A stretch of 64,000 nt of DNA, from contig JAPKYS010000054.1 of the NCBI GenBank assembly GCA_026394195.1, positions 20,583-84,582 on the forward strand. Direction: 5' to 3'. The translations under genes and the position numbers were made by a program. The notes beneath the pieces were generated by a model. The model saw only the letters and a program-made list of their open reading frames with translations. It did no database searches and was not told the origin of the DNA. This DNA is from a bacterium. GTDB lineage: Bacteria > Electryoneota > B3-LCP. The first letter of the stretch is position 1; every line of letters starts with the position of its first letter. Shown piece by piece: positions 24,680 through 33,600 of this stretch.

Positions 24680-25603
24680 CTATTTCTCCCCGCAACGCTT
24701 CAGGATCTCTTCCCAATTCTCATCGACTTCCTGCTGCAGTTCTGCGATGACGTGCTGGTTTTCGGGACGGAAGAGGTGACGGAAGCGACCCTGCGGTTTC
24801 AGGAAATCCTCGATGGGAAGCTTTTCCTTCGGCTTGAAGTTCAGCTTCCACACGCCATTATCCACTTCAAAACTGGGCCAGAAACAGGTCTTGGCTGCCA
24901 GCCGGGACATGTTGATGGTTTCTTTTTCCTCGTACTTCCACCCCGGTACGCAGGGCGCCAGCACGTTGATGAAAGCCGGTCCTTCGACTTCCAGAGCCTT
25001 TTCAAACTTGCGGCTCAGATCCTTCCAGTTATCAGCCGTCGCCTGAGCAACGTAAGGGATATGGTGAGCCGCCATGATGGCGGTCAAATCCTTACGACGT
25101 CCGGTTTTCCCCGAAGACAGCTTGCCTACGGGGGTCGTGGTGGTGTTGGAACCGCGCGGCGTGGACGACGAACGCTGATTTCCGGTGTTCTGGTACGCTT
25201 CGTTGTCATAACAGATGTAAACCATGTTATGGCCGCGTTCCATGGCGCCGGAAAGCGATTGCAAACCGATGTCATAGGTTCCGCCGTCGCCGCCAAAGCA
25301 GATAAATTTGAAGTTTTCTTTGACCTTGCCGCGGCGCTTTAATGCCAGATAGGCTGCTTCGACTCCGGAAACCGTGGCAGCCACGTTTTCGAAGGCGTTA
25401 TGGATGAAGCTGCACTTCCACGCCGAGTAAGGATATATGGTGGTGGATACTTCAAGACAGCCGGTGGCGGATCCAACAACCAGGTAATCTTCGGTTGAAC
25501 GAACTGCCAGGCGAGCGATCCCCGGTACTCCACATCCCGGGCAGAGCCGGTGTCCAGCGGAAAGCCGCTCAGGTCTTAAAGCCAGGTCCTTTAGTTTAGC
25601 CAT
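24680..25603 (-). CDS. porB: Pyruvate:ferredoxin oxidoreductase beta subunit (TPP-binding)
   Basis: GHRLCPGCG, ATGCLEV, GGDGGTYDIGLQSLSG, YDNEAYQNTGNQRS. Confidence 0.95.
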   Translation of the reverse strand: MAKLKDLALRPERLSAGHRLCPGCGVPGIARLAVRSTEDYLVVGSATGCLEVSTTIYPYSAWKCSFIHNAFENVAATVSGVEAAYLALKRRGKVKENFKFICFGGDGGTYDIGLQSLSGAMERGHNMVYICYDNEAYQNTGNQRSSSTPRGSNTTTTPVGKLSSGKTGRRKDLTAIMAAHHIPYVAQATADNWKDLSRKFEKALEVEGPAFINVLAPCVPGWKYEEKETINMSRLAAKTCFWPSFEVDNGVWKLNFKPKEKLPIEDFLKPQGRFRHLFRPENQHVIAELQQEVDENWEEILKRCGEK

Positions 25604-25665
25604 TCTATCTCCAGATTGCGATTTTCTTAATTTGTGTCTGACGTTGCTGTTTCTTCGAGATTGCG

Positions 25666-26853
25666 CTATTCTTTCAGGTTCAGATAACCGACGCGGCGCT
25701 TGAAGCTCTTCTTGACCACCGCTTCCTTCAGGTCATCGAATACGGACAGGATGTGTTCAGGTTCGATCGGCTTCCCACCCAGACCGTAGATGTAATTGCA
25801 CATCATCGGAGCCGGATGAATGCCGTATAGCGCCGACCTGACTTCAATGTGTACCGGACCGCCATCCCCACCGTAGGCGATAGAGCGATCCATGACCGCG
25901 CAGGCTTTCAGACCTTTCAAGGCTTTGGCCAGTTCTTCATGGGGGAAGGGGCGGAAAACCCGCAATTTGATCATACCGGCTGCGACGCCACGGCTGCGCA
26001 GATCGTCGACGACCATACGGACTGAACCGGCAGTAGAACCCAGAACGACCACGGCGAATTCCGCGTCATCCATTTTATAAGCTTCGAAGAATTCGTAGCA
26101 CTCGGTGCTGTTGAAAGTCTTCTTGAACTCGCGCCCCACGTCGAGAATGACTCCGGCGGATTTATTGAAGGCTTCAAGTTGAGTCGCTTTATGCTCGAAG
26201 TAGAAGTCCGAGAAGTTCAAGGCTCCGAGGGTCAGAGGTTTTTTGGTATCCAGAAGTGTATAGCGTGGCTTGTATTCACCGACGAACTTCTTCGCCTTGT
26301 CATCATCGAAGATCGTTACGGTTTCGACACCGTGACTGATGATGAAACCGTCCAGAGTCACCATCACTGGCGTCAGTACCTCAGGATGCTCGGCGATGCG
26401 GATGGCTTGGAGAGTATTTTCGTAGGCTTCCTGCGCATTTTCGCTGAAAATGTGAATCCAGCCGGCATCGCGAACGCCCATGGTGTCGGAATGGTCACCC
26501 TGGATATTGATGGGTCCGGAGAGCGCCCGATTGACCACCGGCATGACGATGGGCAGCCTGTATGAGGAAGCGATGTACAGGATTTCAAACATGAGTGCCA
26601 GTCCGCAGGCGGAGGTGGCGGTCATGGATCGGGCTCCTGCCGCCTGTGCGCCAAGGGTGGCGGACATGGCAGAATGCTCGGATTCGACCAGAACCATTTC
26701 GCTGTCAACTTCGCCGCCCGCCACGAAGTCGGCGAATTTCTGCATCATTGAAGTCTGGGGTGTGATTGGGTAGGCGGCGACGACGTCAGGATTGATCTGT
26801 TTCATGGCGTAGGCGACCGCTTCATTACCTGTTAGAGCCAATATTTGCGGCAT
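25666..26853 (-). CDS. porA: Pyruvate:ferredoxin oxidoreductase alpha subunit
   Basis: AAYPITPQT, VESEHSAMS, NRALSGPINI.DHSD, RVFRPFP, YGLGG. Confidence 0.95.
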   Translation of the reverse strand: MPQILALTGNEAVAYAMKQINPDVVAAYPITPQTSMMQKFADFVAGGEVDSEMVLVESEHSAMSATLGAQAAGARSMTATSACGLALMFEILYIASSYRLPIVMPVVNRALSGPINIQGDHSDTMGVRDAGWIHIFSENAQEAYENTLQAIRIAEHPEVLTPVMVTLDGFIISHGVETVTIFDDDKAKKFVGEYKPRYTLLDTKKPLTLGALNFSDFYFEHKATQLEAFNKSAGVILDVGREFKKTFNSTECYEFFEAYKMDDAEFAVVVLGSTAGSVRMVVDDLRSRGVAAGMIKLRVFRPFPHEELAKALKGLKACAVMDRSIAYGGDGGPVHIEVRSALYGIHPAPMMCNYIYGLGGKPIEPEHILSVFDDLKEAVVKKSFKRRVGYLNLKE

Positions 26854-26917
26854 TGCATGTACCTCTATTGCAGCTTAAGTTTTTTCGATGGTTGGTTAGT
26901 ATGGGTGATCCCCACTC

Positions 26918-27211
26918 TTATTTCTTCACCATGACGATGGCTTTTTCCGGTTTGGTGGGACATTCCGTCGAGCAGATGGCACAGCCCTTGCAATGAACGT
27001 AATCAATGTCGACCACCTTGCCATCCTTGACCAGAATCGAGCTGTCCGGGCAGTAGACCCAGCAGAAGAAGCACTGAATGCAAATCTCCGCATTGAAGAC
27101 TGGCTTGAAAGTGCCCCAGGTTCCGGTGACGTATTTTTCTGCGTTGCCGGCTTCTTCGATTAAGCCGCCGATCGGCAACTCCTTGTATTTTGCGTCGAAG
27201 TATTTCTTCAT
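26918..27211 (-). CDS. porD: Pyruvate:ferredoxin oxidoreductase delta subunit (2x4Fe-4S)
   Basis: TGTW..KPV, CIQCFFCWVYCP, CKGCAICSTECP. Confidence 0.95.
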   Translation of the reverse strand: MKKYFDAKYKELPIGGLIEEAGNAEKYVTGTWGTFKPVFNAEICIQCFFCWVYCPDSSILVKDGKVVDIDYVHCKGCAICSTECPTKPEKAIVMVKK

Positions 27212-27792
27212 TCTGATTTTACCTCCTTGGAGGCGTCCATGATGCAGAGAACGTTTCCTTCAAGTATCTCGCTTTTAAATTTTCCTTTGAATTTTTCTTT
27301 GAAGTCCGCAGCCACCGATTCAGGCGGCAGCATTTTGGTGACGCCAAGCAGAGCTCCAATCATCGGCGTGTTGGGAATGGCTTTACCGAGGTGGCGCAGC
27401 GAGATGCCAGTCGCATCGATGGTGAACAACTTCCGTCCCTGCAGCTTCATCTGAGCCCGAATATTCTTCGGCGTAGCCGGTGTATTGATGATCAGGATGC
27501 CATCGTCCTTCAGACCTTCTGTAACGTCGATTGCTTCCAGCAGCGATGGGTCCAGGACGATGACCACGTCAGGCGATGTTACCTGCGAGTGGTGCATGAT
27601 CCGCTGATCAGAGATGCGGGTAAAGGCTTTAATCGGAGCACCCTGGCGTTCGCTGCCATATTCCGGAAAAGCCTGGATCTGCTTGCCCAGAGCCATCGCA
27701 GACTCGGCAAGCACCTTCGACGCCGTCACGGCTCCCTGACCTCCACGACCGTGCCAGCGAATTTCCAGCATGTTTTTACCAGTATTTGTCAT
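27208..27792 (-). CDS. porC: Pyruvate:ferredoxin oxidoreductase gamma subunit
   Basis: EIRWHGRGGQGAVT, FPEYGSERQGAP, PNTPMIGA. Confidence 0.95.
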   Translation of the reverse strand: MTNTGKNMLEIRWHGRGGQGAVTASKVLAESAMALGKQIQAFPEYGSERQGAPIKAFTRISDQRIMHHSQVTSPDVVIVLDPSLLEAIDVTEGLKDDGILIINTPATPKNIRAQMKLQGRKLFTIDATGISLRHLGKAIPNTPMIGALLGVTKMLPPESVAADFKEKFKGKFKSEILEGNVLCIMDASKEVKSE

Positions 27793-28027
27793 TTATTCCT
27801 CTATGGTTATGCTCTCATGATTCAGGGGAGGTTAATCCACACTGAATCGCGGTATTGCGCTTGTTTTCTAATGGATGAGTTTGCACCTTTCTTCACATAT
27901 CCCACTTTTCACGCATTACAGGTTCTTTAGTTCCTTTTACCTACCAATTTGGCGAAATAACTTGCTGAACATCTATTTTGAACTTAAAACTACACGATAT
28001 TATTTTTCATTCGTAATTCGTAATTGA

Positions 28028-28627
28028 TTATAGTTCTCCACGTCCTTGCAGCGCTCGGGTTAGCGTCGCCTCATCGGCAAACTCCAGTTCCGACCCCACC
28101 GGCACGCCGCGGGCAATGCGCGTCACCTTGACGCCGGTCGGTTTAAGTCTCTGCGCTACCAAAAGAGCCGTGGTTTCCCCCTCGGACGTCGGATTGGTGG
28201 CGATGATGACTTCACGCACCTGATCCCGCCGGATACGATGGACCAGCTCTTCGATGTGCAAGTCACTCTCATTCTGCCGGTCCAGCGGAGCCAGCACGCC
28301 TCCCAATACGTGGTACAGCCCAGAAAAAGCCTGCGATTTCTCCAATGGCAGAATGTCGGTGGCTTGTTCGACCACGCAGATCATTTGCTGATCCCGGCGT
28401 GTGTCCGAACAGATGGCGCAGCGTTCGCCTTCAGAGATATTGAAGCAACTCGAGCACAGCTGCAGTTTTGCCTTGACGTCCAGAATCGCCTGAGCCAGCA
28501 GATTCGCCTGGTCCGTTGATTGCTTCAAAATGTGAATCGCCATCCGCTGCGCGGATTTTTTACCAATTCCGGGCAGTTTGGCTAACTGATCCGCTAAGGT
28601 TTGTAAGGTCGGTGGAATACCTGACAT
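28028..28627 (-). CDS. recR: Recombination mediator RecR
   Basis: LPGIGKKSAQR, C4 zinc finger, YHVLGG, ATNPTSEGETTA, ARGVPVGSELEFADE. Confidence 0.97.
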   Translation of the reverse strand: MSGIPPTLQTLADQLAKLPGIGKKSAQRMAIHILKQSTDQANLLAQAILDVKAKLQLCSSCFNISEGERCAICSDTRRDQQMICVVEQATDILPLEKSQAFSGLYHVLGGVLAPLDRQNESDLHIEELVHRIRRDQVREVIIATNPTSEGETTALLVAQRLKPTGVKVTRIARGVPVGSELEFADEATLTRALQGRGEL

Positions 28628-28685
28628 ATAAAGTACCTAAAATTCTGCTTCCTTTCGGATCCGGAAAATCCGATCAAGGTGTTGT

Positions 28686-28896
28686 GTAGGGGCGCATGGC
28701 ATGCGCCCAGTGTTTTCATTTGCCCCATTCATGGGGCTAGTCAGACGTAGCACATTGCTTCAGCGATGTGCGCCCCACTTGATGGAGGCTGGGTTGCCCT
28801 CAACCCAGCTCTATTTGCCGCGGTGTGCGGGAATGGTTCGGGTCGGAGCGACCCCAACTATATCACGCACGTAGGAGCACAGCGTGCTGTGCCCTG
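28686..28896. repeat. Stack of five or six REP-like palindromes between ybaB and recR
   Basis: GTAGGGGCGCATGGCATGCGCCC, the GCCCCATTCATGGGGC family, GCTGGGTTG..CAACCCAGC, GGGTCG..CGACCC, and GTAGGAGCACAGCGTGCTGTGCCC. Confidence 0.85.
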
Positions 28897-28967
28897 TAAC
28901 GGAATATAATTACAGTATAAACAAAATCTTGCCCGCGCCCACGAGGCATCTGCCAGAAACTGTACTC

Positions 28968-29309
28968 TTAAAACCCTGGAATTTTAAATCCCGGCGGCAA
29001 CCCGCCCATCAGACCGCCTGCCACGGAAGACATACGTTGATCGGCAACTTCCTTGGCGTTCTTCAGAGCCTGATTGACTGCGGCAGTCACCAGGTCTTCC
29101 AACATTTCCACTTCATTGGGATCGATGACTTCCGGATCGATCTTGATGGAGATGATCTCCTGTTTGCCGGAGGCTTTTACCGTGATTACCCCTCCTCCCG
29201 CGCTCGCTTCGACAATGATCTGCTCAAGTTCCGCCTGAGCTCTCGCCATGTTTTCCTGAAGCTTCTGCGCCTGCTTCAGCAGACCGTCCATCCCACCGAA
29301 TCGTTTCAT
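28968..29309 (-). CDS. ybaB: YbaB/EbfC nucleoid-associated protein
   Basis: KQAQKLQ..AGGGVI..IDPEVIDP..LEDLVTAAVN; located between dnaX and recR. Confidence 0.96.
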   Translation of the reverse strand: MKRFGGMDGLLKQAQKLQENMARAQAELEQIIVEASAGGGVITVKASGKQEIISIKIDPEVIDPNEVEMLEDLVTAAVNQALKNAKEVADQRMSSVAGGLMGGLPPGFKIPGF

Positions 29310-29337
29310 TTTATGTCAACCTTGGTTGTTGTCTGAA

Positions 29338-30999
29338 TTACGCGATGCGCTTCGCCCCCAGAGTACGGATCAACTCGGTTTCCAGCGGATCGTCATCCTG
29401 CACGCTTCTGGGGAGCTCCGCAGCTTCGCTTTTAGTGACTCGTTCAAACCGCAGCCGCGCCGGACTGCCGAAAACGACCTCCAGCCCTGCATCCAAACTG
29501 CCTGAAGCAGCAACCTTGATCAGTCGCTCCAACTGCATATCGTGCAGGTCGCTCCCGAAGCCGACCACCAGGGTATTGTCTTCCAACCTTTGCGGATGCC
29601 CCAGCTTGATCTGGCATGCCAGCGGAATCCTGCCTTCGCAAACGCGATCCACCAGTTCGAGCCAACGGGACCGGATGGATCCAAGCTCCAACGGGATAAT
29701 CCCACCCATCGTGGCTTTGATCATTGTAGCAGCGGGTGGATTGTCCGGCGATGCCGCGTTGGGTGACGGTGGTGGGGGCATCGTAGGAGCGGGAGTCGCT
29801 GCTGCGGGAGTTCTGGTTTTTTCCCGAGGCGCCGGTGTTGGCGGCTTGGATTCTCGTCCCGGAGGCGGGTTTTCGCCTCGCATTTCGTTGATCAATTCTT
29901 CGATCTGCGCAGTCCGATCCAGAGTCGCCAGCCGCAACAGGGTCAGTTCCAACTTCAAGCGCGGATTGGGGTGGCGCCGAATGTCCGTAAAAGCATCCTG
30001 CAGGATGGCCAGAATGCGCAATAAATCATTGATATTGAAATCAGCTGCCGCGTCCAGATAGCGCTTACGCACGTCCGCGGGAGCTTCGATGAATTCAGCG
30101 ATCTGAGCATTCCGGGCTTTTATGAAATTCAGAAAATGTTCCAGCAGACTGTGCAGGAACTCGCGTGGGCTCTGCCCGCGGGCATCCACTTCTTCGACCA
30201 GGGCGAAAACGGCTTCCGGTTTTTTCTCCAGGAACAGGTCTGATACCCGAAAGAAAAGGTCTTCCGGGACCATCCCCAGGGCATTGCGTACTTCATCGAC
30301 CGTGATGCCATCCGGAGCGAAGGTAGTCATCTGGTCCAGCAGACTCTGAGCATCGCGCATGGCGCCGTCAGCCCGTCTGGCGATCAGTTCCAAAGCTTCA
30401 TCATCGGCTTTGACTTGCTCCACGTCGCAAATATGGCGCAGGTGGCTGAAGATTTCCTGAACGGACAGGCGGCGGAAGTCAAAACGCTGGCAGCGTGATA
30501 ATATCGTGGCGGGCACACGACTGATTTCCGTCGTGGCAAAGATAAAGATGGCGTGTTCCGGAGGTTCTTCCAATGTTTTCAGCAAGGCATTAAATGCCTC
30601 GATGGTCAACATGTGAACCTCGTCGATGATGTAGATTTTCTTCCGCAGCGCTGCCGGATTAAAATGGATGTTATCGCGCAGGTTACGGATTTCTCCGACG
30701 CCGCGATTGGAGGCGCCATCGATCTCCAACACGTCCAGGCTGCGCCCCTCGGGAATCTCCTTGCAGGCAATGCACTGATTGCAGGGGTTCGCCGTGGGAC
30801 CGTTGACGCAGTTGATAGCCTTGGCGAGTAATCGCGCCGTGGTGGTCTTTCCAATCCCCCGTGGGCCCGCGAAAATAAAGGCGTGCGCGATGCGTCCGGC
30901 TTTCAGAGCGTTCTGCAGGGTTCTGGATACGCTTTCCTGCCCAACGACTTCGGCAAAGGTTTGAGGCCGCCACTTGCGAGCGGTTACCAGGAAAGACAC
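29338..30999 (-). CDS. dnaX: DNA polymerase III subunit gamma/tau
   Basis: ARKWRPQTF, GPRGIGKTT, EIDGASN, IDEVHML, SRCQRF, Pro-rich linker; GTG start. Confidence 0.97.
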   Translation of the reverse strand: MSFLVTARKWRPQTFAEVVGQESVSRTLQNALKAGRIAHAFIFAGPRGIGKTTTARLLAKAINCVNGPTANPCNQCIACKEIPEGRSLDVLEIDGASNRGVGEIRNLRDNIHFNPAALRKKIYIIDEVHMLTIEAFNALLKTLEEPPEHAIFIFATTEISRVPATILSRCQRFDFRRLSVQEIFSHLRHICDVEQVKADDEALELIARRADGAMRDAQSLLDQMTTFAPDGITVDEVRNALGMVPEDLFFRVSDLFLEKKPEAVFALVEEVDARGQSPREFLHSLLEHFLNFIKARNAQIAEFIEAPADVRKRYLDAAADFNINDLLRILAILQDAFTDIRRHPNPRLKLELTLLRLATLDRTAQIEELINEMRGENPPPGRESKPPTPAPREKTRTPAAATPAPTMPPPPSPNAASPDNPPAATMIKATMGGIIPLELGSIRSRWLELVDRVCEGRIPLACQIKLGHPQRLEDNTLVVGFGSDLHDMQLERLIKVAASGSLDAGLEVVFGSPARLRFERVTKSEAAELPRSVQDDDPLETELIRTLGAKRIA

Positions 31000-31034
31000 G
31001 AAATGACTCTCTTAAATTGAGCGATAGATTAAAT

Positions 31035-31302
31035 GGCTGTGCCCTATCTTCGATTTTACGCCGTCGTTTCACCGACTGGTCGCCGATTCCGGGCAAGCTC
31101 CCCCGCGGCACATCGAGTTGTCACTGACCGCTGCTCCCTTCCAGGCCTGACGGGGTTGGGTGGAACCAGATTGCGCGGGACTTGACCTTCAACATCACGT
31201 GCCGGCCGGATCCGGAGGCGAAAAAACCTTGGTATAGGTATTCAGCCCCGCTGTAGCGGATTTCGGGTTCAGGGCACCGCTAACTCCCCACCTAGCACAG
31301 CC
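31035..31302 (-). ncRNA. ffs: Signal recognition particle RNA, large (Alu-domain) type
   Basis: Minus strand begins GGCTGTGCTAGGTGGGGAGTTAGCGGTGCCCTGAACCCGAAATCCGCTA. It contains helix 8 CCGTCAGGCCTGGAAGGGAGCAGCGG and ends GCACAGCC, which pairs with the 5' end. It lies upstream of dnaX. Confidence 0.93.
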
Positions 31303-31343
31303 AATAGTGCGGTGATAGCCTTCCTTGGTCTACCACCGATCGG

Positions 31344-31416
31344 TGGAGCTGAGCGGGATCGAACCGCCGACCTATACGTTGCGAACGTATCGCTCTCCCA
31401 ATTGAGCTACAGCCCC
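31344..31416 (-). tRNA. tRNA-Ala (anticodon CGC)
   Basis: GGGGCTGTAGCTCAATTGGGAGAGCGATACGTTCGCAACGTATAGGTCGGCGGTTCGATCCCGCTCAGCTCCA, with the G3:U70 identity pair. It is followed by CCG, so the CCA end is not fully encoded. Confidence 0.96.
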
Positions 31417-31443
31417 GATGAACATTGGTTTCAGGTTGCTTAT

Positions 31444-31472
31444 AAAATAACACTCCAGAGCGGAAAAGTCAA
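31444..31472 (-). promoter_or_regulatory. Probable promoter for tRNA-Ala/ffs/dnaX
   Basis: TTGACT (31472-31467), 17-nt spacer, TATTTT (31449-31444). Confidence 0.55.
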
Positions 31473-31854
31473 CCGATTTGCCGCTCAAATCTCACGCTTG
31501 ATTAAGGGAATTTTCTTTCGGCTTTCGGTATTAGAGAGGCTGATATTCGCCGCTCAATCCTGACCGGAATCGAGGCGATGGGCTGCAACGGATCAACGGA
31601 TTAGATTTGAGCATGGGACGCAGGATAGATTCGAGGTGAACCCATTGATGAGTCAACCACCTATTATTTGTTTGAAGTATTTATTTATAAAATAATTAGC
31701 TCTACGTTTTCCCGTGAGAGAAGAATTGGCAGACATTCTCGGCGCCTGCCACAGGCTGTGCAGCTCGATTCATGTTAATCTTTTAGATAAACTGACATTT
31801 CCGGCATTCAAATTGCATATAGGGTTGTGGATTAAATAAACTGGCTGGGGGAAG

Positions 31855-32538
31855 ATGATGTTGGAAACGATTTTAGAACGGCGCGCTACCGCAGAAGAGC
31901 ACTATCGCCGGGGGCTGCGCCTGAAGGGGGAGGGTTACCTGCTGGAGGCAGAGCAGGAGTTCAAGCTTTCCATGGAAGTGGATCCTGCCTATTTCGATCC
32001 TCTCCTGGAAATTCTGATTGAACAGGAAGAAACTGGGGTTTCTGAAGATATCCGAACTGACGAGTTGTTGCGTAGAGCGGATCAGAAGTATCGGCTTGGG
32101 ATGGCGTTGCTCAAACACAAACGCGCCGAGAAAGCGATCCGTCACCTGAATGACGCCTGTCAGTCGGAGTTGGATAATGCCAAGTACCTGGTCGGCCTTG
32201 CTGAGGCTCTGGCGGATTGCGGCCGTCTCAAAGAAGCCAAGGAAAACCTGCGCATCGCCGCCGAACTCCACGGCGGTTCCGATCCCCTGAGATATCGCGC
32301 CAGGGCGCACCTTTTATTGAGTGAAATGCATTTAAAGGATGGCCATCTGCGCAGGGCGCGCCGACGCGTAATGATGGCGCACTCGCTGGACCCCAAAAAC
32401 GAAGATATTGCCCTGATGTTCAAGCGGGTCAAAATCGGTCCGATCCAGCGCATGTTCCTGGTTTCGCATCACAAAGACAAGGAACGCCAGAAATATCAGG
32501 CGCAAGCCGCCGCGCTCTCTAAAGCCGCGCAGAAATAA
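31855..32538 (+). CDS. Tetratricopeptide repeat protein
   Basis: Repeated helical pairs: AEEHYRRG..A..EF..DP, YRLGMAL..A..HL, YLVGLAEAL..A, AHLLLS..LDPKN. Confidence 0.8.
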   Translation: MMLETILERRATAEEHYRRGLRLKGEGYLLEAEQEFKLSMEVDPAYFDPLLEILIEQEETGVSEDIRTDELLRRADQKYRLGMALLKHKRAEKAIRHLNDACQSELDNAKYLVGLAEALADCGRLKEAKENLRIAAELHGGSDPLRYRARAHLLLSEMHLKDGHLRRARRRVMMAHSLDPKNEDIALMFKRVKIGPIQRMFLVSHHKDKERQKYQAQAAALSKAAQK

Positions 32539-32563
32539 ATCCACGATCTATTTTTCAATCGAT

Positions 32564-32591
32564 GCAGGGGCGCAGCATGCTGCGCCCTTAC
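32564..32591. repeat. GTAG-family REP
   Basis: GGGCGCAGCATGCTGCGCCC-TTAC, with a core identical to 21247 and 60320. Confidence 0.85.
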
Positions 32592-32648
32592 TGTTGCTCG
32601 CCGCTCGCGCACCCCTCCCCCTGAGCGCACGAAATCTCTCAAAATCAC

Positions 32649-32677
32649 TTGACAAAGACCCCTATATTTTATATATT
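32649..32677 (+). promoter_or_regulatory. sigma70-type promoter
   Basis: TTGACA 32649-32654, 17-nt spacer, TATATT 32672-32677. Confidence 0.8.
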
Positions 32678-32722
32678 ATCCGACAAATCAAGAAACAATC
32701 CTCTCGATAGAAGGAGTAAATC

Positions 32723-33397
32723 ATGAAAAAGACAGCTTTAGTTCTCGTGATTTTGCTGGTGGTGGCGTTAATCGTACCATCGGCTCATGCAAAGATGAAA
32801 ATTGGGTTGGGTGGTAATGTTGGTTTAAATATTTCCACCATGGTGAGCGATGCACAGGGTTTTGATACAAATAAAAAATCCCGTAATGGCTTCGTTTTGG
32901 GAGGGGTCGCAGAATTCCACTTTTCTGACTTCATTTCACTTCAGCCCGAAATGCGTTATGCAATGAAAGGTCTCAGACAAGAAGTCAGCGATCAGGGGTT
33001 CTACTATAAAGCTAAATACAACTATGACTATCTAGAAATTCCAGTCTACTTAAAAGTTACCATCCCAACTGGGATTGCTTTCGGTCCGCATGCTTTCGCT
33101 GGTCCAGTTGTTGGAATCAAATTAAGTTCAAATTATGATGTCAGCACAAACATCCCAGCGAATCAACTACCGCAGGGTACCCTGACCGGAGATGGTACCA
33201 TTGCCGACCAGAATAGTATAGATTTTGGTTTAGGGTTTGGTGCTGGCGGTCATTTCGATTTTGGAGCGCACGGAATCTCCCTGAGTTTCGTTTACAATCT
33301 TGGTTTGACCAATGTTGACGGATCTGAAGGCGCCGAAAGTATGCAAAACCGTTGCCTCTCGATCATAGCAGGATACGTCTACACGTTCAACAAGTAA
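32723..33397 (+). CDS. Outer-membrane beta-barrel protein (PorT/OMP_b-brl_2-like)
   Basis: AAGGAG RBS, signal peptide, SLQPEMRYAMKG, YLEIPVYLK, FAGP, DFGLGFGAG, YNLGLTN, terminal GYVYTF. Confidence 0.85.
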   Translation: MKKTALVLVILLVVALIVPSAHAKMKIGLGGNVGLNISTMVSDAQGFDTNKKSRNGFVLGGVAEFHFSDFISLQPEMRYAMKGLRQEVSDQGFYYKAKYNYDYLEIPVYLKVTIPTGIAFGPHAFAGPVVGIKLSSNYDVSTNIPANQLPQGTLTGDGTIADQNSIDFGLGFGAGGHFDFGAHGISLSFVYNLGLTNVDGSEGAESMQNRCLSIIAGYVYTFNK

Positions 33398-33418
33398 TCT
33401 GCTGAGCAGGATAAAAGT

Positions 33419-33454
33419 AAGCGGTCAGGACGCAAGTCCTGACCGCTTTTTATT
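33419..33454 (+). terminator. Rho-independent terminator
   Basis: AAGCGGTCAGGAC-GCAA-GTCCTGACCGCTT followed by TTT. Confidence 0.9.
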
Positions 33455-33466
33455 TGACACCGTAAC

Positions 33467-33558
33467 GTAGGGGCACAGCGTGCTGTGCCCCTACATTTTG
33501 CTCCCTGGCTTTGATTTATTCAAATGCAATCGCCTGTCATTCCGACTTGTTCGGAATC
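33467..33558. repeat. Near-perfect GTAG REP plus a GTCATTCC half-element
   Basis: GTAGGGGCACAGCGTGCTGTGCCCCTAC; GTCATTCCGACTTGTTCGGAATC. Confidence 0.85.
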
Positions 33559-33600
33559 CGACAGGCGATTCGTTAATTCGTTTCTTAGGAACTCTAAGCT

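Noticed and set aside
29338-30999. Programmed frameshift in dnaX
   Set aside because: I saw no A AAA AAG slippery site with a downstream hairpin, and no long A-run, at the expected position.
31344-31850. tRNA as an island integration site
   Set aside because: No integrase and no duplicate of the tRNA 3' end were seen; ffs-dnaX follows directly.
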